Counted from the whole stretch's first letter, positions 1 through 12,468 are shown. The stretch is 61,901 bases of DNA, filler included, from 6 parts of 6 records of this genome joined end to end with filler, not necessarily neighbours in it; one strand, 5' to 3'. Numbers and translations: made by a program. Notes: a model not told the origin generated them from the letters alone.

Positions 1-1
1 A

Positions 2-64
2 TTTGCAGAGCTAGATTCAGACGGCAATGGTGAGCTATCTAAAGAAGAGTTCGAAAACGCCTAA
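2..64 (+). CDS. EF-hand mini-protein, 3' fragment (paralog 1 of 3)
   Basis: Frame 2 reads FAELDSDGNGELSKEEFENA* (EF loop DxDGNGxLSxxE), similar to the C-termini of the next two ORFs; 5' end lies outside the window. Confidence 0.85.
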   Translation, partial: FAELDSDGNGELSKEEFENA

Positions 65-194
65 TGACAATTTACTCAAAGGCTTTTGCGTAATAATTCT
101 GAGTTGCCAAAGACAACCTAAATAGGCCGGGAGCCTATGACAAAGAAGCGCAGGGACATAAAGCCAGTTTAATAAACAATGAAGGAATATATAG

Positions 195-407
195 ATGAAA
201 AAATTTACTAAGACATTAGCCCTAATCGCACTTGCATCTTCATCAGCAGCGTTTGCAGTGACCGATTTTGATACCCTAGACGTTGATGGTAATGGTGTAA
301 TAAGCCAAAGCGAAGCAGCGGTTGATGCAAAATTATTAAGCCAATTCAAAGAACTTGATAAAGATGGTAATGACGAGCTTTCGAAACAAGAGTTTTCCGA
401 AGCTTAA
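195..407 (+). CDS. Small secreted two-EF-hand calcium-binding protein (paralog 2)
   Basis: Signal peptide MKKFTKTLALIALASSSAAFA, then loops DVDGNGVISQSE and DKDGNDELSKQE; GAAGGA RBS upstream. Confidence 0.9.
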   Translation: MKKFTKTLALIALASSSAAFAVTDFDTLDVDGNGVISQSEAAVDAKLLSQFKELDKDGNDELSKQEFSEA

Positions 408-475
408 AGTGAATTTTTACGCACAATGGATCTTTGAAAAGGACTTCTTACCTTTATTTAATTAGGAAACAAATT

Positions 476-691
476 ATGAAACATATTAATACAGCGCTTG
501 CTATTATCGCCCTTGCTTCTTCATCTGCAGCGTTTGCTGCTGTGAGTTTTGACACATTCGATACTAATGGCGATGGCGCGATTAGCCAAAAAGAAGCCTC
601 TGTGAATGCACAGCTCGTAGAAATTTTTTCGGCGTTAGATACTGACCAAAATGGTGAACTTTCAAAAGAAGAGTTCTCTAAAGTACAGTAA
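476..691 (+). CDS. Small secreted two-EF-hand calcium-binding protein (paralog 3)
   Basis: Start placed at ATG 476 after AGGA RBS (track ORF starts at 434); signal peptide MKHINTALAIIALASSSAAFA; loops DTNGDGAISQKE and DTDQNGELSKEE. Confidence 0.9.
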   Translation: MKHINTALAIIALASSSAAFAAVSFDTFDTNGDGAISQKEASVNAQLVEIFSALDTDQNGELSKEEFSKVQ

Positions 692-737
692 TACTGTTTG
701 GTAATAGAAAATACAGTAACTTCACTTCATATACGTT

Positions 738-776
738 AAAGCAGCTTTGCCTTTGAAATAGGCAAGCTGCTTTTTT
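738..776. terminator. Probable bidirectional Rho-independent terminator
   Basis: AAAGCAGCTTTGCCT-ttgaaat-AGGCAAGCTGCTTTTTT hairpin between convergent genes. Confidence 0.8.
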
Positions 777-780
777 ATGT

Positions 781-2931
781 TTACAGATTATAATTAAATT
801 GCAGTGAAAACTTACGTGGGTTGCCATAGCGGTACTGATTATAAAAGCCTATTTGGTTGTAGTAGGTTTTATCAAATAAATTATCAATATTTAAACTTAC
901 AGACATTTGCGAGTTAATTTGATAACTGCTCATAAGGCTTGCCACACCATAACTTGATTGCTCTACTTCAACTTGGCCATGAACGGGGTTTCTTACTTCA
1001 TCATAACTACGGCTCTGCCAGCGATAGCCCGCACCAATTTTTAAACCTTCTAGCAGGTCATTCAACTTGTAAGTAGTGAACAATTTAAATTGGTTTTTTG
1101 GGTTAGTCGTATTGAGAATATCACCTTCAGGTGTTTCACCTTTGCTGTAAGTGTAGCCAAAGTAGCCATCCCAGTTATCATTTAAACCGCCATTAAGTTC
1201 AAACTCAAAACCCTGCGTAATTGTGCCATCGACTGGTTGGTAAATTGCTTGAAGAGTGTCTGGGAATGTTCTACCTGTGTATTCACCTAGGTTGTCTTGA
1301 TGAATTTCAAACCCCGATAATGCAATATCTAAACGCTCGTCTATTAATGAGGCTTTGATTCCTATTTCATAATTTTCACCTTGAATTGGATCAAGATAAT
1401 TACCATTATTATCGACGCGGCTTTGTGGAGTAAATATGTCGGTGTAGTTAGCATATAGCGCCCAGTTATTTGCCAAGCTATAAGTTGCACCTAAATAATT
1501 GGTTAGCTCATTATCTAATTCATAATCGTGTTTACTACCAAAGTTATCTTGATCTGTTTGCCACTGATTTAAGCGGCTGCCTAAAATCAATGAGAATGAA
1601 TTTGTTAAATTAAGTTGTGAGGCAAAGTACAGAGCTCTTTGCTCTGTTGTGCCATAAGAACCATACGCGGCCGTAGTTTGCCAAGTTGGTTTTGGGTAGT
1701 CATAGCTTGGCGATGTAAAATCTCCGATGATTTCTGCGTCTTCTTGTCCTGGGAAGTAGGGTGTTGCAAAGTCCTGCTCTTGGCTATTGTAACCAAACAT
1801 AACTTGGTGGCTTTGCTCTAACCAGTTAAATCTGCCAGTTAGCTCTATCTCGTAGGTGCGCTGAATCCGCTTGGCGTCAATAAAGTTTAATGAGCCTGGT
1901 GTCATACCTATATTAGTTTGTGCGTCTGAGTGGCCAGTTGCCCAAAATACATCATATTCTAAATCGTTGTTACCATAAATATAGCTAGCACTAAGTTGCC
2001 AGTTGGCATTAAAGTTATGATCAACACTGATAAAGCTATTTAGAGCATTTGTTGTTGAAGATGACCAGCTGGTTGCAGTTGAAGTTTCTCTATCATAGTT
2101 AGTACGTGAACCATCATTATAAAAAATAGGTAAACCGCCAGACATGGTGCCTGTTGGTGTTGTTTTTTGATTATCAATAGCAACAGTTAGTAGTGTGTTA
2201 TTGGTTAAATCCGCTTCAACAATGCCGTATAGGGTCGTTTTATCCTGAGAAAACCTATCTTGATATGATTGCTGATCTTGGTACGCAATAACTGCACGAG
2301 CACGCACTGTTTCACTGCTATTTAAGCTACCCGATGCATCAACAACACCGCGATAATTTTGCCATGAACCTACAGAGGCTGACATGTTGATTTGCTAAGT
2401 TGAAGTAGGGCGCTTTCGTATCAAGTTTATTGCTGCGGATGGATTACCTGCACCTAGCATTAAGCCTGTTGCGCCGCGCACAATTTCTACCCGCTCATAA
2501 ATAGCCGTATCAGTTAGGTTATCACCATAGTTAAAGCGAGTATCATAAGTGGTGGCAATGCCGTCATATAAAATGCTGGTCACACTAATGCCGCGAGCTG
2601 ATATAGAAAACTTACCATTATCAGCTTCTCGAGCGTTAATGCCTGTTACGCTGGTTATAGCTGCAATTGTGCTTGTCAGTTGTTGGTCTGACATAAATTC
2701 ACTCGTTACTGCTATAACTGATTGCGGTGTTTTTAAGTGAGATAAGTCAAGGCCTGTTGCTGAGTTCATCGAGTCCACTTTATAGCCGCTGTGTTTTTCG
2801 CCAACAACGGTTATTTTCTCAATATCGTTATGCGCTTTTGCTTTAGCTGATTGAGAAAACATTGAAAATAAAATACCAATGACGCTGCAGTAAGTAAGGG
2901 AGAGTGGTGTTTTTAATGAAGGTTGTAACAT
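781..2931 (-). pseudogene. TonB-dependent siderophore receptor (FhuE/FpvA-like) interrupted by one in-frame TAG at 2395-2397
   Basis: Track ORFs 2395-3009 and 781-2385 share one frame: ...KRPTST-TAG-QIN-MSASVGSW. Plug motifs (TPQSVIAVT, ERVEIVRGATGL, GNPSAAINLIRKRPT) and barrel C-terminus (NIDNLFDKTYY...YGNPRKFSLQFNYNL). Likely start ATG at 2931. Confidence 0.85.
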
Positions 2932-3049
2932 CTGAAGAAGTCCATTTTTATAGATTGATGATATGGAATTAGTTATCCATACAAGAAGGCCTGTATTGAA
3001 ATTAGGCACAAGGAGGGTAGTGGATTTGACTGTTTATGTAAATGCTTTT

Positions 3050-3068
3050 GAGACTGATTTTCATTTGC
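3050..3068 (-). promoter_or_regulatory. Putative Fur box upstream of the TonB-dependent receptor
   Basis: Minus strand GCAAATGAAAATCAGTCTC matches GATAATGATAATCATTATC at 14/19 positions, about 120 bp upstream of an iron-uptake receptor. Confidence 0.65.
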
Positions 3069-3089
3069 CTTTCGTGGTGTGAAAGGCAA
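3065..3089 (-). terminator. Hairpin after trkA (possible terminator)
   Basis: TTGCCTTTC-gtggtgt-GAAAGGCAA perfect 9-bp stem 7 nt downstream of the trkA stop; weak U-tract. Confidence 0.55.
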
Positions 3090-3096
3090 TTATTGT

Positions 3097-4473
3097 TTAC
3101 AAAAAGATAGCGCTGACTTGGAATAGTTTCTCAACAAAGTGAATATGCTTTTTGTCGATTAAGAACATAATAACATGGTCACCAGAATGGATGATGGTAT
3201 CGTCGTGGGCGATCAGTACATCGTCGTTTCGTACAATGGCGCCAATGGTGGTGCCTGCGGGGAGTTTGATGTCTGCAATAGCGCGACCAACAACTTTTGA
3301 CGTGTGTTCATCGCCATGGGCTACCGCTTCAATTGCTTCTGCGGCGCCTTTACGCAGTGAATATACATTAACAATATCACCACGGCGTACATGGGTAAGC
3401 AATGCTGAAATTGTCGCTTGCTGCGGCGATATAGCAATGTCTATTTCACCACCTTGAACTAAATCAACGTAAGCGCCACGCTGTATTAGCACCATGGTTT
3501 TTTGTGCCCCCATACGTTTTGCTAACATGGCGGACATTATGTTTGCTTCATCATCGTTTGTTACAGCGATAAATACATCAACTTGTTCAATATGCTCTTC
3601 AGAAAGTAGCTCTTGGTCTGATGCATCGCCACAAAATACCACGGTGTTGTCGAGTAATTCAGATAATTGCTCGGCGCGTTCTTTACTGCGTTCAAGTAAT
3701 TTTACACTGTGGTTTTTCTCAAGCGAGCGGGCAAGTCCTGCACCAATGTTACCACCACCTGCGATCATGATTTTTTTGTATGAACGTTCAAGCTTTTGCA
3801 GTTCGTTCATTACCGCGCGAATATGTTTAGTTGCGGCAAGGAAGAACACTTCATCGTCTGCTTCAATGACGGTGGTGCCTAATGGTTTTATGGCTTTACC
3901 TTGACGATAAATAGCCGCTACACGCGTCTCAACATTGGGAATGTGTTCTTTGAGAGCTGAAAGTGCATAACCGACGAGTAAACCACCGTAGTACGCTTTT
4001 ACGGCCACTAAGGACAGCATGCCATCGCCAAACTGTAATACCTGTAACGCACCAGGGTAATCAATTAAGCGGCGAATATACTTAGTCACCAATTGCTCAG
4101 GCGCAATATAGTGATCAACGGGTAAATCGTCGTTTTGAAATAGTTTTTCACGGTACTTAAGATATTGCTCAGAACGAATACGGGCAATTTTAGTGGGCGT
4201 ATTAAAAATACTGTAAGCCACTTGGCAGGCAACCATGTTTACTTCGTCTGAACTGGTTACTGCAATGATCATATCGGCGTCTTCGGCACCGGCCCTGCGT
4301 AATACATCGGGGTGTGCGCTGTGGCCAGTAACACCTTGTAGGTCGTACTTGTCTTGTAACTCACGTAAGCGGTTGCCATCGATATCAACAACCGTTATTT
4401 CGTTTTGTTCACCTACTAAGTTTTCAGCGAGTGTGCCGCCTACTTGCCCGGCGCCGAGTATGATTATTTTCAT
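3097..4473 (-). CDS. trkA: Trk system potassium uptake protein TrkA
   Basis: 458 aa; two RCK N domains with Rossmann motifs [12 protein letters not shown] and [10 protein letters not shown]; conserved position after rsmB. Confidence 0.97.
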   Translation of the reverse strand: MKIIILGAGQVGGTLAENLVGEQNEITVVDIDGNRLRELQDKYDLQGVTGHSAHPDVLRRAGAEDADMIIAVTSSDEVNMVACQVAYSIFNTPTKIARIRSEQYLKYREKLFQNDDLPVDHYIAPEQLVTKYIRRLIDYPGALQVLQFGDGMLSLVAVKAYYGGLLVGYALSALKEHIPNVETRVAAIYRQGKAIKPLGTTVIEADDEVFFLAATKHIRAVMNELQKLERSYKKIMIAGGGNIGAGLARSLEKNHSVKLLERSKERAEQLSELLDNTVVFCGDASDQELLSEEHIEQVDVFIAVTNDDEANIMSAMLAKRMGAQKTMVLIQRGAYVDLVQGGEIDIAISPQQATISALLTHVRRGDIVNVYSLRKGAAEAIEAVAHGDEHTSKVVGRAIADIKLPAGTTIGAIVRNDDVLIAHDDTIIHSGDHVIMFLIDKKHIHFVEKLFQVSAIFL

Positions 4474-4481
4474 TATTTATC

Positions 4482-5780
4482 TTATGACTGTTTTTTTACA
4501 AGCTTGGCATAATAAAACCCATCACTTTCGCCTGGCAGTAATTGTAAGCCTGGGTTTGTGGTGGTGTCGTTATCATGCAAAGGTATATGCTCAACATCAG
4601 TGTTACTTGCTAGAAATTTAGCAACTTGTTGTTGATTCTCAAGTGGTAATACTGAGCAGGTTGCATAAATTAATGTGCCGCCTGGTTTTAGTAAAGGCCA
4701 GATGCTATCTAAAATATCACCCTGTAGCGCAGCCAAGTCATTAATATCTGACGCGCGACGTAGCCATTTTATATCTGGGTGACGACGAATAACGCCAGTC
4801 GCAGAGCAAGGGACATCCAGTAAAATGCGGTCAAATTGCTGCTCATCCCACCAAGTATGGGGTTGCGATGCGTCTGCACATTGTAAGTCCGCACCTAAAC
4901 CGATACGCGTTAAGTTTTGCTTTACGCGCTCAAGGCGGGTTGCATCGCTATCAAGGGCAAGTACATCGGCGTCGGCGAGCTCTAAAATGTGGCAGGTTTT
5001 ACCGCCAGGCGCTGCACAAGCATCAAGTATATGCTCATCATCTTTAGGGTCTAACAAGCGCGCAGCTAATTGCGCTGCCGCATCTTGTACTGAGCAAGCG
5101 CCAGTATCAAATTCAGGCAGCGAGAACACATCGCGTGGTTTATCTAGTTTAATACCATCAACAAAGTCAGGGTTTACTGTGTGTTCAATATCATTCGCGC
5201 TGAGCATTTCACTGTATTCTGTGGTGCTGTACTGCGCTTGATTCACACGTAGCCACATAGGAGCTTGTAGCTGGTTGGCCTCTAAAATTTGTTCCCATTG
5301 CTCAGGGTAGGCTTCTTTTACCTGTTTAATAAACCAGTTTGGGTGGTTGTATAAACACACAGGAATTTGTTTAGCTTTTTCTTCAAGCTCACTCTGTTGG
5401 CGTTGAAAACTTCGTAGAATAGCGTTGATCAGGCCTTTTAGGCCAAGCGCTCGAAGTTGCGCTAAAGCATTCACGGTTTCGCTGATCGCGGCATGGGGTG
5501 GAACCCGCATATGTTGTAGTTGGTAAATGCCCACATACAGTAAGAACTGGAATATACGGCGTTTACCTTTTAACGGTTGCTCAACCAAATGCTGGCAATA
5601 ATTCTCTAAACTCGGCAGGTAACGTAATACGCCATAGCAAATTTGCTGTAATAAGGCTTTATCTTTAGGTGATAGGCCTTGGCTCGCAAAAGGGAGCTCT
5701 TGGTTTAGAGATGCGCCCTTATCGACTACGTTATATAAAGTTTCGGCGGCAAGCGCGCGTACGTTTGGAACATTACTCAT
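4482..5780 (-). CDS. rsmB: 16S rRNA m5C967 methyltransferase RsmB (Sun)
   Basis: NusB-like N-terminus; motifs [37 protein letters not shown]. Confidence 0.97.
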   Translation of the reverse strand: MSNVPNVRALAAETLYNVVDKGASLNQELPFASQGLSPKDKALLQQICYGVLRYLPSLENYCQHLVEQPLKGKRRIFQFLLYVGIYQLQHMRVPPHAAISETVNALAQLRALGLKGLINAILRSFQRQQSELEEKAKQIPVCLYNHPNWFIKQVKEAYPEQWEQILEANQLQAPMWLRVNQAQYSTTEYSEMLSANDIEHTVNPDFVDGIKLDKPRDVFSLPEFDTGACSVQDAAAQLAARLLDPKDDEHILDACAAPGGKTCHILELADADVLALDSDATRLERVKQNLTRIGLGADLQCADASQPHTWWDEQQFDRILLDVPCSATGVIRRHPDIKWLRRASDINDLAALQGDILDSIWPLLKPGGTLIYATCSVLPLENQQQVAKFLASNTDVEHIPLHDNDTTTNPGLQLLPGESDGFYYAKLVKKQS

Positions 5781-6726
5781 TATTTTCGCCTAAGACGCTG
5801 CCTGGAGTAACCCAGTCACTGCGACCATTTAAAAAGTCTGTAACAGCCATTGGTTTTTTACCTTGTGGCTGTAATTGGGTTATTTTTAGCGCGTGTGTGC
5901 CACAAGCGACTACAATACCGTGTTTGTCACTGTTTAAAATAGTGCCCGGCGTACCTTGTTGCTCAACCACATCGGCTTGATAAATTTTTACTGTGTTCTC
6001 GCCCATTTTAGTAAAGCAGACAGGCCAAGGGTTGAATGCACGAATATTACGCTCTATTTGCAGCGCATCCATAGACCAATTAATATTAGCTTCATCTTTT
6101 GATAACTTTTTAGCGTAATTAGCTAAAGTATCATCTTGTACTTGTGGGGTTATCTCACCATTGGCTAATTTGGCTATGGTTTCAACAAGTGCCGTTGGGC
6201 CTAACTCCGCTAGTTTAGTGTATAAACTTGCGCTGGTTTCAGTAGCATCTATTGGGCAGCGGCTAATATGTAACATATCACCAGTATCTAACCCTTCGTC
6301 CATTTGCATTATGGTTACGCCAGTTTCATCGTCGCCCGCCCAAATCGCGCGCTGGATCGGCGCTGCACCACGCCAGCGTGGTAAAATTGAACCATGCACA
6401 TTTAAGCAACCCAGGCGTGGAGCCTCTAAAATTGCTTTTGGCAGTAAAAGTCCGTATGCAACGACGATCATGATATCTGCATTTAAGCTGCTTAATTCAC
6501 TTAATGCATCGTCATTTTTTAGTGACGCAGGTTGAAATACAGGTAAGTCATTAGCTAAAGCAAGCTCTTTTACTTCACTTGCTTTTAGTTTTTTACCGCG
6601 TCCTGCAGGGCGGTCTGGTTGACTATAAACACCAACAACGTGATGTTCAGAATCAATAAGAGCTTGTAAATGGCGCGCAGCAAAATCCGGCGTACCAGCA
6701 AAAATAATGCGTAGTGGTTTTGTCAC
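5773..6726 (-). CDS. fmt: Methionyl-tRNA formyltransferase
   Basis: [39 protein letters not shown]; def-fmt-rsmB synteny. Confidence 0.98.
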   Translation of the reverse strand: MTKPLRIIFAGTPDFAARHLQALIDSEHHVVGVYSQPDRPAGRGKKLKASEVKELALANDLPVFQPASLKNDDALSELSSLNADIMIVVAYGLLLPKAILEAPRLGCLNVHGSILPRWRGAAPIQRAIWAGDDETGVTIMQMDEGLDTGDMLHISRCPIDATETSASLYTKLAELGPTALVETIAKLANGEITPQVQDDTLANYAKKLSKDEANINWSMDALQIERNIRAFNPWPVCFTKMGENTVKIYQADVVEQQGTPGTILNSDKHGIVVACGTHALKITQLQPQGKKPMAVTDFLNGRSDWVTPGSVLGENNE

Positions 6727-6747
6727 TGAGTTTTCCTAAGGTGCTTA

Positions 6748-7254
6748 TTACTGTGCTGCAAATTTAGCTTCTTTTTCAAGCTTTTTACGAATACGTTGGC
6801 GCTTTAATGGTGATAAGTAATCAATAAACAACTTGCCTTTAAGGTGATCAAGCTCATGTTGAATACAGATCGCTAAAAGCTCATCGGCATCTAGGCTGTA
6901 TTCTTCACCTTTTTCATTAAGTGCACTAACCGTTACGGTTTCTGCGCGATCTACTTTTGCGTATGAATGCGGCACTGATAAACAGCCTTCTTCACTCACG
7001 GTTGCGCCATCTTGCTTGGTAATTACTGGGTTAATTAAAACCAATGGTTCGTTGCGTTCTTCTGATACATCGATCACCACAATACGTCGATGAATATCAA
7101 CTTGTGTGGCGGCAAGGCCTATGCCATTTTCGTCATACATTGTTTCTAGCATGTCTTTAACTATTTGACGAACTTCGTCGTCAACGCTTACAACGTCTTT
7201 AGCAACAGTACGTAAACGCTCATCTGGAAATCTTAAAACTTCTAACCTAGCCAT
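6748..7254 (-). CDS. def: Peptide deformylase
   Basis: Motifs [20 protein letters not shown]. Confidence 0.98.
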   Translation of the reverse strand: MARLEVLRFPDERLRTVAKDVVSVDDEVRQIVKDMLETMYDENGIGLAATQVDIHRRIVVIDVSEERNEPLVLINPVITKQDGATVSEEGCLSVPHSYAKVDRAETVTVSALNEKGEEYSLDADELLAICIQHELDHLKGKLFIDYLSPLKRQRIRKKLEKEAKFAAQ

Positions 7255-7371
7255 AGTAACCTTTTCACTTGTGCATAATATAGGGTATTGTATGCTCTTA
7301 TTTTAGCCATTCGCGTTCACCTTTAACAGGTTTTGGTTGATAATAATGAAAAAACACCACAAGGAAGCCCA

Positions 7372-8493
7372 ATGAAATACCCGTTTTTAGCCGCTGTGCT
7401 GATATTAAGCTCTGCATTTTCATCTCATGCAGATGTTTTATCAATTAAAAAAGATGCGCCTAAACAATATGTTGTGAAAAAAGGTGACACATTATGGGAT
7501 ATTTCGGGTATCTATTTGAGCGAACCTTGGTTGTGGCCAGAACTGTGGCAAATGAACCCACAAATTAATAACCCGCACTTAATTTATCCCGGTGATGCAC
7601 TCTCTTTAATTTATGATGAGCATGGAAATCCACGGTTAGTGATTAATACTGGTTATAAAAAGCTTTCTCCGCAGGGACGTATAACGCCTAAAGGTAAAAA
7701 TGCGATTCCTACATTGCCGCTTGAACTACTTCGTCCTTACTTAACCTATGAACAGGCGATTAGTGGTGAGCAAATTGCTGGTTTACCTTACATTTTAGGC
7801 GCGAACGAGAACACTAAAATGAATACGTTGGGTCACATCGTTTACGTTAAAGGTAACCTTAATAAGCATGAAAGTTATGCCATTTACCGAAAAGGCAAAC
7901 CATATAAAGATATTGATAGCGATGATGTGCTTGCTTATAAATCTGTATTAGTCGGCGTGGGGCGTGCATTTAGATCAGGTGATATTGAAAATGGCGTGCC
8001 GGCTTCAGTAAAGGTAGAAAGCGTCAAACAAGAAATTAGAGCCACAGACTTTTTATTACCAGCAATGGAAGGGCAAACTCTTCCTGCATTCTTTAATATG
8101 AAGCGCCCAGAACAACCCATTGAGGGAAATATTATTTCTGCAGTAACTGAGCTGCGAGAATTTAGCACGATGGATATAGTAGTGCTAAACTTGGGGTCAG
8201 AGCAGCAAATTAAAGCGGGCCATATTTTAGATATAGAGCGTCAGTCGCCAACTGTTTTTGATGGCCGAAATGGCCCTCGATACAAAGAAGATTCGAACAG
8301 CCTTGAAAAGCTTATTACAAATACTAGCGAGTTTTTGGGTGTCGAAGCAGATAAAGACGCGACTGTTTGGCATATGCCTAAAGAAAAAGTCGGTGAGCTA
8401 ATGGTGTTTAAAGTATATGACAATGTTAGCTATGCCTTGATAGTGAAAAACCAGCACCCAATCCGAGTCGGTGATTTTGCAGTAATAAATTAA
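7372..8493 (+). CDS. LysM peptidoglycan-binding secreted protein (TsaP-like)
   Basis: ATG 7372 after AAGGA; signal peptide; LysM motif YVVKKGDTLWDIS...NPHLIYPGD; usual position between def and dprA. Confidence 0.88.
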   Translation: MKYPFLAAVLILSSAFSSHADVLSIKKDAPKQYVVKKGDTLWDISGIYLSEPWLWPELWQMNPQINNPHLIYPGDALSLIYDEHGNPRLVINTGYKKLSPQGRITPKGKNAIPTLPLELLRPYLTYEQAISGEQIAGLPYILGANENTKMNTLGHIVYVKGNLNKHESYAIYRKGKPYKDIDSDDVLAYKSVLVGVGRAFRSGDIENGVPASVKVESVKQEIRATDFLLPAMEGQTLPAFFNMKRPEQPIEGNIISAVTELREFSTMDIVVLNLGSEQQIKAGHILDIERQSPTVFDGRNGPRYKEDSNSLEKLITNTSEFLGVEADKDATVWHMPKEKVGELMVFKVYDNVSYALIVKNQHPIRVGDFAVIN

Positions 8494-8521
8494 ACAGGTT
8501 TGAGTGCTCTAAGGAGAGAGC

Positions 8522-9610
8522 ATGGAACAGTCATATGGCAAGCTAACACATTGGCTTGCATTTTATTTATGCAAAGGTCTGGGTGTTAAAACGCTGCTGG
8601 CACTCGCTGAAAAAGTGCCATTAGAAAACCTCGTTGATTTATCTTATCAGCAACTACTTGAATCAGGTCTTAATCAGCAAGTCGCTACAAATCTGGTGGC
8701 AACGGATTGGCAACTTGTTGCGCACTACGAAAACTTACTATTCGCTTCAGACATTGAAGTTATTAGTTATTTTGATTCGCGTTATCCGCCATTGTTAAAA
8801 CAAATTGCCAGTGCTCCATTATTACTATTTTGTCGTGGTGACTTGGCGCTTTTAGCCAGCCCACAAATAGCCATCGTCGGCAGCCGCAATGCAACCCCTA
8901 TCGGGCTCGAAATAGCAGCTCAATTTGCACATCAACTCAGTGAAGCCAATTTAACTGTTACATCTGGTATGGCGTTGGGTATTGACGGTGCTGCACACAA
9001 AGGAGCCCTCGCTGGAGCGGGAAATACCATTGCAGTTTTAGGCACCGGTGTGGATGTTTACTACCCTAAACGACATAAGCTTTTAACAGATCAAGTATTA
9101 AATTGTGGTTTACTAGTCAGTGAGTTTTTACCAGGGACAGCAGCTAATGCGAATAATTTTCCGCGTCGTAATCGCATTATATCTGGATTATCCTTAGGGG
9201 TTTTGATTGTGGAAGCTGAGATTAAAAGTGGCTCGTTAATTACCGTTCGATATGCACTTGAGCAAAATAAAGAAGTGTTTGCAGTTCCTGGTTCTATCAA
9301 AAACCCATTATCACAAGCGAGTCATTTTTTAATAAAACAGGGGGCAAAGTTAGTCGAAAATGTCAGTGATATTTTAGAAGAAGTGAGCTTTTTTGGTCAA
9401 AACAGTCTATATAATATAGATGAGCCTGTTGAAAATAAGCCTGAATGCGACGTACTGAAAAGTGTAGGTTTTGAAGTTACACCGGTTGATGTAATTGCTC
9501 GACGCTGCCAATGGTCGATTGAGAAAGTACAGACTCGTTTACTTGACTTGGAATTAGATGACAAAGTAGAGCGAGTTTTAGACGGCTATATCAAATTGGG
9601 AGGAAACTAA
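8522..9610 (+). CDS. dprA: DNA-processing protein DprA (Smf)
   Basis: [43 protein letters not shown]. Confidence 0.97.
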   Translation: MEQSYGKLTHWLAFYLCKGLGVKTLLALAEKVPLENLVDLSYQQLLESGLNQQVATNLVATDWQLVAHYENLLFASDIEVISYFDSRYPPLLKQIASAPLLLFCRGDLALLASPQIAIVGSRNATPIGLEIAAQFAHQLSEANLTVTSGMALGIDGAAHKGALAGAGNTIAVLGTGVDVYYPKRHKLLTDQVLNCGLLVSEFLPGTAANANNFPRRNRIISGLSLGVLIVEAEIKSGSLITVRYALEQNKEVFAVPGSIKNPLSQASHFLIKQGAKLVENVSDILEEVSFFGQNSLYNIDEPVENKPECDVLKSVGFEVTPVDVIARRCQWSIEKVQTRLLDLELDDKVERVLDGYIKLGGN

Positions 9611-9611
9611 T

Positions 9612-10085
9612 ATGTTCGATATCCTCATGTATTTGTTTGAAAACTATATTCATAGTGAAGCTGAGGTCTTTGTTGAGCAAAATGAGCTCACCGATGAGCT
9701 ATTGCGCGCAGGCTTTAATAAACCCGAAATCTTCAAAGCTCTTGATTGGTTAGAACAACTCGCAGACTTACAACACAGTGATGAAGTTCCTTATTTAAAT
9801 GCTTACCCGCAACACGCTGTGCGTATTTTTACTGATAGTGAGTGTCAGATGCTTAGTACGGAATGTCGAGGTTTTCTGATGTTTGTAGAGCAAATAGGTG
9901 TAATCAATAATGAAACCCGAGAAATGGTAATGGACCGATTGTTCGCTTTAGATAAACCTTATATCGGCCTAGATGACTTAAAATGGGTGGTGTTAATGGT
10001 ATTATTTAATGTGCCAGGCTCTGAGTTAGCTTATTCGCAAATGGAAGAACTTATTTTTGACGAGCCAGCAGAGGTATTACATTAA
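9612..10085 (+). CDS. smg: Smg protein (DUF494)
   Basis: [16 protein letters not shown]...[13 protein letters not shown]; follows dprA. Confidence 0.95.
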   Translation: MFDILMYLFENYIHSEAEVFVEQNELTDELLRAGFNKPEIFKALDWLEQLADLQHSDEVPYLNAYPQHAVRIFTDSECQMLSTECRGFLMFVEQIGVINNETREMVMDRLFALDKPYIGLDDLKWVVLMVLFNVPGSELAYSQMEELIFDEPAEVLH

Positions 10086-10158
10086 CACTTTGTGGTGCTT
10101 GTAACTTTAATTAGTTTGGGTATATTAGGCGAAAATTAGCCAGTCGCTTTGGAATCTC

Positions 10159-10731
10159 ATGAGTAAAATAGATCATTCGCTTTTCTCTGCTAATCAGCAT
10201 GCTCTCGAAAAAGAATACGAAATTTGCCCTCAATGTGGTTCTGAATTAGTGATCCGTAACAGTAAAAGCGGGCCTTTCCTTGGTTGTGCAAGCTATCCTA
10301 AATGCGATTTTATTCGGCCTCTAGCTCAACACGATACTCAGCAAATAAAAGTACTTGATGACAGTCCGTGCCCAGAATGTGGTAATCCGCTGGTGGTTAA
10401 AAATGGCCGTTACGGTATGTTTATTGGTTGTACCGGCTATCCCGAGTGCCATTACATTGTTCACGATGAAAAAGAACCTGATGCAGAGGTGTTACCTGCT
10501 TGCCCTAAATGTAAAAAAGGGCAGTTAGTTGCGCGCAGTAATAAATTTGGTAAAACTTTTTATTCCTGTGATAGCTACCCAAGCTGTAAATATACCCTTA
10601 ATTTTAAACCTATTGAGCATACTTGCCCTGAGTGCCAGTGGCCAGTCATGATGCAAAAGCAAATGACCAGCAGTGTTGTGTTACAATGCCCACAGAAAAG
10701 TTGCTCGCATAAAATCACTGTCAGCGAGTAA
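10159..10731 (+). CDS. yrdD: Topoisomerase I C4 zinc-ribbon domain protein (YrdD-like)
   Basis: Repeated CPxCG...F(L/I)GCxxYPxC ribbons; conserved synteny. Confidence 0.88.
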   Translation: MSKIDHSLFSANQHALEKEYEICPQCGSELVIRNSKSGPFLGCASYPKCDFIRPLAQHDTQQIKVLDDSPCPECGNPLVVKNGRYGMFIGCTGYPECHYIVHDEKEPDAEVLPACPKCKKGQLVARSNKFGKTFYSCDSYPSCKYTLNFKPIEHTCPECQWPVMMQKQMTSSVVLQCPQKSCSHKITVSE

Positions 10732-10764
10732 AACGCTTAACTTTTATTGTATTTGGAGATTTGT

Positions 10765-11331
10765 GTGACAGATCCAATCCCTTCACCTTTAACTGTTGTT
10801 GATGCATTAAAGCAAGGTGGTGTAATTGTTTACCCAACTGAAGCTGTATTTGGTTTAGGTTGCGACCCCGATAACCAACAAGCCGTAGCAAGTTTATTAG
10901 CAATTAAACAGCGTCCAGTCGAAAAAGGGCTGATTTTAATTGCTGACAATTATGGTCAGTTATTAAAATATATTGATGATGCAAAAATTCCAATGGATAA
11001 GCGAGCCGACATTTTCTCTAGTTGGCCCGGTGCGATTACCTGGGTTATGCCAGCAGCTAAAAATACACCTAAATGGTTAACCGGACAGTTTGATACTATT
11101 GCTGTACGTGTAACTGATCATCCTACAGTAAAGCGCTTGTGTCAGGAGTTAGGTAAGCCTTTGGTTTCAACCAGTGCTAATTTATCTGGGCAAGAGACGG
11201 TCACCAGTATAGCGATGGCTAAAAGTGAGTTTGCTGAGCAGGTTGCCTTTTATGTTGATGAACCGCTTGGAGGCAATACACAACCTAGCACCATTAAAGA
11301 CGTAATGACCGGTAAAGTATTTAGAGGATAA
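10765..11331 (+). CDS. tsaC: Threonylcarbamoyl-AMP synthase TsaC (YrdC/Sua5)
   Basis: YPTEAVFGLGCDP, KQRPVEKGLILIA, STSANLSG; GTG start at 10765 after GGAG. Confidence 0.95.
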   Translation: MTDPIPSPLTVVDALKQGGVIVYPTEAVFGLGCDPDNQQAVASLLAIKQRPVEKGLILIADNYGQLLKYIDDAKIPMDKRADIFSSWPGAITWVMPAAKNTPKWLTGQFDTIAVRVTDHPTVKRLCQELGKPLVSTSANLSGQETVTSIAMAKSEFAEQVAFYVDEPLGGNTQPSTIKDVMTGKVFRG

Positions 11332-12285
<954 letters not shown>

Positions 12286-12301
12286 GAATTACACAAAAAT
12301 C

Positions 12302-12328
12302 AAAAATGGCGCTATTCAGCGCCTTTTT
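12302..12328 (+). terminator. Rho-independent terminator after hemF
   Basis: GGCGCT-attc-AGCGCC followed by TTTTT. Confidence 0.7.
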
Positions 12329-12368
12329 GTATGAGAGCTAAATAACCTGAACTCTGGATAATAAATCT

Positions 12369-12468
12369 NNNNNNNNNNNNNNNNNNNNNNNNNNNNNNNN
12401 NNNNNNNNNNNNTTAATTAATTAANNNNNNNNNNNNNNNNNNNNNNNNNNNNNNNNNNNNNNNNNNNN
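12369..12468. other. Artificial contig linker
   Basis: N44-TTAATTAATTAA-N44 (stops in all frames); composition and taxon switch across it. Confidence 0.98.

Noticed and set aside
2395-2397. Programmed amber recoding (pyrrolysine or alternative code)
   Set aside because: Single instance, no pyl genes seen, and all other genes on the contig read normally with the standard code.
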